The notes below the pieces were generated by a model. The model saw only the letters and a list, made by a program, of their open reading frames with translations, was not told the origin of the DNA and made no database searches. 64,000 nucleotides of DNA from Phyllosticta citribraziliensis (lineage: Eukaryota), in NCBI RefSeq assembly GCF_038025025.1, contig NW_027117353.1:1-64000 (forward strand), read 5' to 3'. Both the position numbers and the translations under genes were made by a program. Positions 59,225 to 64,000 of the stretch are shown piece by piece (the first letter of the stretch is position 1; the number at the start of each line of letters is the position of its first letter).

Positions 59225-60928
59225 ATGGACTCGAATCAGTTTCGTGAAGCAGCACATGCTGCAATTGAAGAAAGTTCGTGCCGATGACATTTCCAGGCCC
59301 TCAGACCATACTAATTCGGAAGCCTAGTTATTCAATACTACGAGGACATCTCCTCGAGACGAGTCTTGTCCGACGTATCACCTGGCTATCTCAGGGACTT
59401 GATTCCAAGTGAAGCCCCTCGCAACCCCGAGCCATGGTCTGCAATCCAACCAGACATTGAGCGAGTCATCATGCCGGGACTCACTCACTGGCAATCCCCC
59501 AACTTCATGGCTTTCTTTCCTGCGCATGCCACATACCCAAGCATGCTGGGCGAAATGTACAGCGCGGCTTTTACTGCGCCGGCCTTCAATTGGCTGTGCT
59601 CGCCAGCAGTGACTGAGCTCGAGACCGTGGTCCTGGACTGGCTCGCCCAGCTGCTCGGACTGCCCGAGAGTTTCTCCAGCAAGGGCGAGGGCGGCGGTGT
59701 CATCCAAGGCAGTGCGAGCGAGGCTATCGTCACGGTCATGGTGGCGGCAAGAGAAAGAGCGTTGAACCTTTTGAGCGAAGGGCTCGAGGGGAAAGAAAAG
59801 GAAGACAGAATCGACTCGTTGAGGGGTAAGCTCGTTGCGCTGGGCAGCGAGCATGCCCACAGTTCAACGCAAAAAGGCGCGATCATCGCCGGTACCAAGT
59901 TTCGGACGGTGCCTGGTCTCAAAGAAGACAACTTTGAGGTGACTGGAAAATCCCTGCAGTCGGTGTTGGACCAGTGCAAGCAGGACGGCTTGATTCCATA
60001 CTACTTGACAGCGACCTTGGGAACCACGGCGACTTGTGCCGTTGATCACTTTGACGAGATTGCGCAGGTGGTCAAGGAGTTACCTCTGAAGCCCTGGATT
60101 CACGTGGACGCTGCTTATGCCGGCTCGGCTCTGGTCTGTGAGGAGTACCACTATCTTTCCAAGCAAATGGAAGCTATGGATAGCTTTGATGTCAACATGC
60201 ACAAGTGGTTGCTCACAAATTTCGATGCCAGGTGAGTACATATCTGATGAAAATGGGTCTGTGTTGACCATCTGCGCAGCTGTCTTTTTGTCAAACGGCG
60301 GTCCGATCTGGCATCTGCTCTGTCCATCACGCCATCATATCTGCGCAACAGCTTCTCCGACTCTGGCCTGGTAACAGACTACCGCGACTGGCAAATCCCC
60401 CTTGGCAGAAGATTCCGCTCGCTCAAGATCTGGTTCGTTCTGCGCTCGTACGGCGCCGAAGGCGTCAAGGCACACATCCGCAAGCACATTGGGTACGGCG
60501 AGATTTTCCACGAGCTGGTCAAGTCACGACCGGACATTCTGGAGCATGTCACCGGCCCGCAATTCGCGCTCAACGTGTTGGCCATCGCACCAACGAGGAA
60601 GTGGCTGAAGGACCGCACGCGACGAACCTCAGCCAGCCAGCCAGATCCAAGCCACGAGGCATTCCTGAATGACTTTACTCCCGATGCGGAAAGGCAAGCA
60701 CTGCTTGACGCCAACGAAATCACGAAAGAGGTCTACGAGACGATCAACAAGAGGGGAGAAATCTACCTCACCAGCAGCGTCATTGCTGGGAAGTACGTCA
60801 TTCGAGTCGTTGCCGCTACGCCTCAGACGGAGGAAAAGCATGTGAGGAGGGCTTTCCAGATTATCGTCGACACTGCCGAGGAGATTCTGGACAAACATAC
60901 GCCAGCGGACGCGAATGGACAGGCTTAG
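59225..60928 (+). CDS. Aromatic L-amino acid decarboxylase (group II PLP-dependent), 3 exons
   Basis: MDSNQFREAAH, PGLTHWQSPNFMAFFP, SPAVTELE, GGGVIQGSASEA, HVDAAYAG, NMHKW (PLP lysine), DYRDWQIPLGRRFRSLK. Confidence 0.96.
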
Positions 60929-61747
60929 ATGAAGATACCAGGCGGTTGCAAGGAGCACTGTACATGTGGACGGAGCATGTGTTCGACTAGTTTCCAAGAA
61001 TCTCCACTATTTCTGAGCTCATCGTAAATACGAGTAGTGCAAGTAGTGCAACAGAGGAGCCAACTTCGTGCGCAATGGATGCTGGTTTGCGGGGAAAGGT
61101 TCCTTTACAGAATAGCACTTACCCAATACGACGGCCACGGATGATTGCATATCAAGGAGGCACTGAGAGAACTCGCACGTCAAGGCGCTGCCGGGTGTTG
61201 TATCTAGAATAGGCAGTGTCGGTGTATTTTCCCTCGGGTTGCTTGATCTTGGACGGCTTGACCGCGCTGTGGCGGTCGCTGAAGAGGTCTAGCTGGACGG
61301 CACAAAGACCGACACGCTCAATTTAGATATGTCTCCCATGAAGACGCCATGAGGTGTCCACTTTTCATGGAAAGCAAGCCAGCTGATGGCGCAGAGTCAG
61401 AAAGAGGCAGAAAACAAGAATCCAAGAGATGCTTGCTTTGTGCTTGTGGCATTGCACAAGATGCTTAACGACGCCTGCGTGATGTTTGGCCCGAAGCAAA
61501 GACACCTGGAGGCGAATTGGACAGGTACACAGGACATGTAGAACCAATGCCAGGTGGACCGCGGTATGCATCATGTTCTAAAACCTCTCGCGAAGGTAGT
61601 TGAGTGAGGTCAACCGGAAAATCGGCCAGTCGGCGCTCCGAACATCCTTGGCACGGCAGGCCCGCGCGCGCAACGAGCTAGAGATTCTTCGGCATCGATT
61701 AGGTACAGCACTGAGCTGCACCCGCCAAACTCTCCAGCCCAAAGCCA

Positions 61748-62767
61748 ATGCCGCCCCGGTCGAGCGTCTTCCGAGCCTGCTGCTCCCTCGTCGCGTCTGC
61801 GCGGCCAGGTGTCGTCGCGCGGCAGCCGCTCCTCGCCCCATCAACATTCCTGCAACGACCGCCGCAGGCCCGCCACGCCTCGATCCTCGCCTCGCTCTCC
61901 GACGTGCCGAGCGCGTACAACAAGCGCAAGAAGCTAGGTCGCGGTCCGGCTTCTGGCAAGGGCAAGACGTCGGGAAGAGGTCACAAGGGACAGAAGCAGC
62001 ACGGCAAGGTGCCGCGGGGATTCAATGGAGGTCAGACACCGGACTCGGTGGTGAACCCGGAGAGAGGAAGGGGAAAGGCCAACAAGTACGTGATGGGGAA
62101 GAGTGGGCAAATTTGTGGGTGGAAGGCACGGCTAATGCGGTGTGGTGTAGCTTCGCGGTGGACATGAGCCCGCTCAACTTGGACCGGGTGCAAGACTGGA
62201 TTGACCAGGGACGCCTCGACCCTTCGAAGCCGATCACTATGAAGGAGCTCCACGACTCGAGGTGCTTGCACGGAGTAAAGGACGGAGTGAAGCTTTTGGC
62301 GAGGGTGAGCAGAACCACACTGATGGAGAGAGTAGTGAGATAACCCAAGAGCGCAGGGTGCAGACCAAATCCGCACACCCATCCGAATAATCGTCTCGCG
62401 TGCGTCAGCGGCCGCCATCGAGGCCGTTGAAAACGTAGGCGGAAAAGTGGTGACGAGATACTACTCGGAAGCGTGTCTTCGACGCGTGCTCAAGAGCCAG
62501 ACGGACCCCATCCGCTCGAGACTGCTCGTCACGCCCGCATTCGGACACTTCCCACAAGCCAATGCAAAACCGTACCCGTACCGCCTGTCGGAGCCCACGG
62601 ACCGCAAGGACATCGAATACTACAGAGACCCGGCGCATCGCGGTTACCTGTCTTACAAGCTCAGGGACGGCTCCGGACCCAGCTTGTTCTTCAAGACGCC
62701 GACACAGCCCAAGAGCAAGAACAAGACCACCAAGACCAAGGAGAAGACGGACAACAGGATTTGGTAG
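61748..62767 (+). CDS. MRPL10: Mitochondrial ribosomal protein uL15m, 3 exons
   Basis: Presequence-like N-terminus, [21 protein letters not shown]…[34 protein letters not shown]. Introns 62086-62150 and 62305-62356. Confidence 0.95.
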
Positions 62768-63654
62768 GCGGGGGCGCGGGGCGGGTTGCGACGACGGGGG
62801 CCGGGCCCGCTTGTTGGTTGCTGTGTAGGATGAATGATGGCATGTGTCACTATGGTCGAAACCAGTGTGGAAACTCTCGTTGTCGCTCGCGCTCGCGCAA
62901 ACGGAGGGAGCGACGAGCGAGCGAGCGAGCGAGCGAGGGAGCCAGTGTGCCACATCAGAATCAGAGAATAAAGCATCACTCCCCCAACCATGGGCATTTC
63001 AAGGCATTCGTATCCGGGGTTGTAGCCATGTCTCATGTCAAAAGAAGAAGTTGTGGATTGGGGGGGGGGGGTTTTGGGGGCTTTCCTGCGCCGGCCGGCC
63101 CCCGTCATCTCCATTTCCTGAATTGAGCCTCTCGTATTTCGGGACGTGGCAGAGGCGCAAGCAAATCCCAGATGGCTTTAGTATGTAGCCGGCTCACTCC
63201 CATTTAGTGCGATGTGGTCTGGGGGCTGGCTGCTGCAAGTAGTGACGCAGCGGGCGAGTGGTGGCGGCGAAATCCCATCTCCGCGTTGTTGTCGTCGTCG
63301 TCAAGCACGTTCCCGAAAGCAGGAGGAGAGAGCAGGCGCCTTAGATTAGACCGCCCGGAACGAGGCGCAAAAAGAGCGAAATGTGCGGAGCGAGCGGTCG
63401 AAAAAGGTGCTGCTGATTCTCGCTTGCTTGCGCTTCGGTTCATATCACACACGGCTGCCGCCGGCTGGCTGGCAGCGCGGCCATCAAACAGTCCGTGTCT
63501 GGCACAGCGTCAAAGAATGGATGCCTGTGTCTGTCTGTGTGTTGGTGTGCGTTGTGCATCACCAGCACCAAAACACCCAGACCATCAGCATTCCCGACCT
63601 AGCCCCAGCCGGGGGGGAGGGGGGCAGCTGATCTGTATGAGGACATGATGCTGC

Positions 63655-63672
63655 GGGGGGGGGGGGGGGGGG
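63655..63672. repeat. G18 homopolymer within a G-rich region (further G runs at 63060-63072 and 63611-63624)
   Basis: Directly visible. Confidence 0.9.
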
Positions 63673-64000
63673 ACTACTACATGTACTGGGAGGGGAGGGT
63701 TAGAAGCAGGCGCGCCACCGCACGACGCGGACGGAGAAGAGGGCTTTTTGTCAGATGCGTGTCCGACTCGGTTGGTTCCTTGTCTCCAGAGAGCAGCCGG
63801 CCAGCCAGCCGGCTCCAAGGGAAGGGCTCGGCTTGCTTGCGGCATGTTGGTGTCGCCGCATCTGGAAAGACATGGATGATGGGAGGGACGGAGGGACGGA
63901 GGGAGGCAGGCAGGCAGGCAGCATGAGCATACATAGATACAGACATACATATCAGGCAGGCCCGGCTGGGGGTGGGCGGTGACACGAGCGCAACCGCCCA

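Noticed and set aside
52351..60928. Nitrilase plus aromatic amino acid decarboxylase as an auxin (IAA) gene cluster
   Set aside because: They are separated by housekeeping ENP1 and BRE2, act in different IAA routes, and no linking enzymes are present.

Overview
Fungal (filamentous ascomycete, Pezizomycotina-like) genomic DNA in two sharply separated compartments. Positions 1-~18,010 are an AT-rich block of transposon relics ruined by repeat-induced point mutation (RIP), with no intact ORFs. It holds a boundary-complete Ty3/Gypsy chromovirus (1582-9882, minus strand, 468-bp LTRs, 5-bp target-site duplication GCCTT). That element sits inside the RNase H region of an older Gypsy, which abuts and probably interrupts a Mutator (MULE) DNA transposon; a third copy of the same LTR family ends at position 83. 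Positions ~18,050-64,000 are GC-balanced with about 18 mostly intron-containing genes: a disordered Ser/Pro-rich protein, REX3-like exonuclease, a hydrophilic stress-type protein, GtaA-family protein, LAG1/LAC1 ceramide synthase, MHR1/mL67, VPS38/UVRAG, FAM32, a Gfo/Idh/MocA oxidoreductase, a Pro-rich protein, secreted GH37 trehalase, nitrilase, a Rid-family protein, ENP1, BRE2, a 38-aa Cys-rich microprotein, aromatic amino acid decarboxylase and MRPL10. The best leads are an apparent antisense, intron-bearing cargo gene in the chromovirus 3' region, a Tf1-like self-priming signature, CpG-inclusive RIP, a divergent nitrilase/non-canonical Rid pair, the spliced microprotein and a ~260-aa insertion in mL67. 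All calls come from reading the sequence by eye; no searches were run, and de-RIP reconstructions are inferences.
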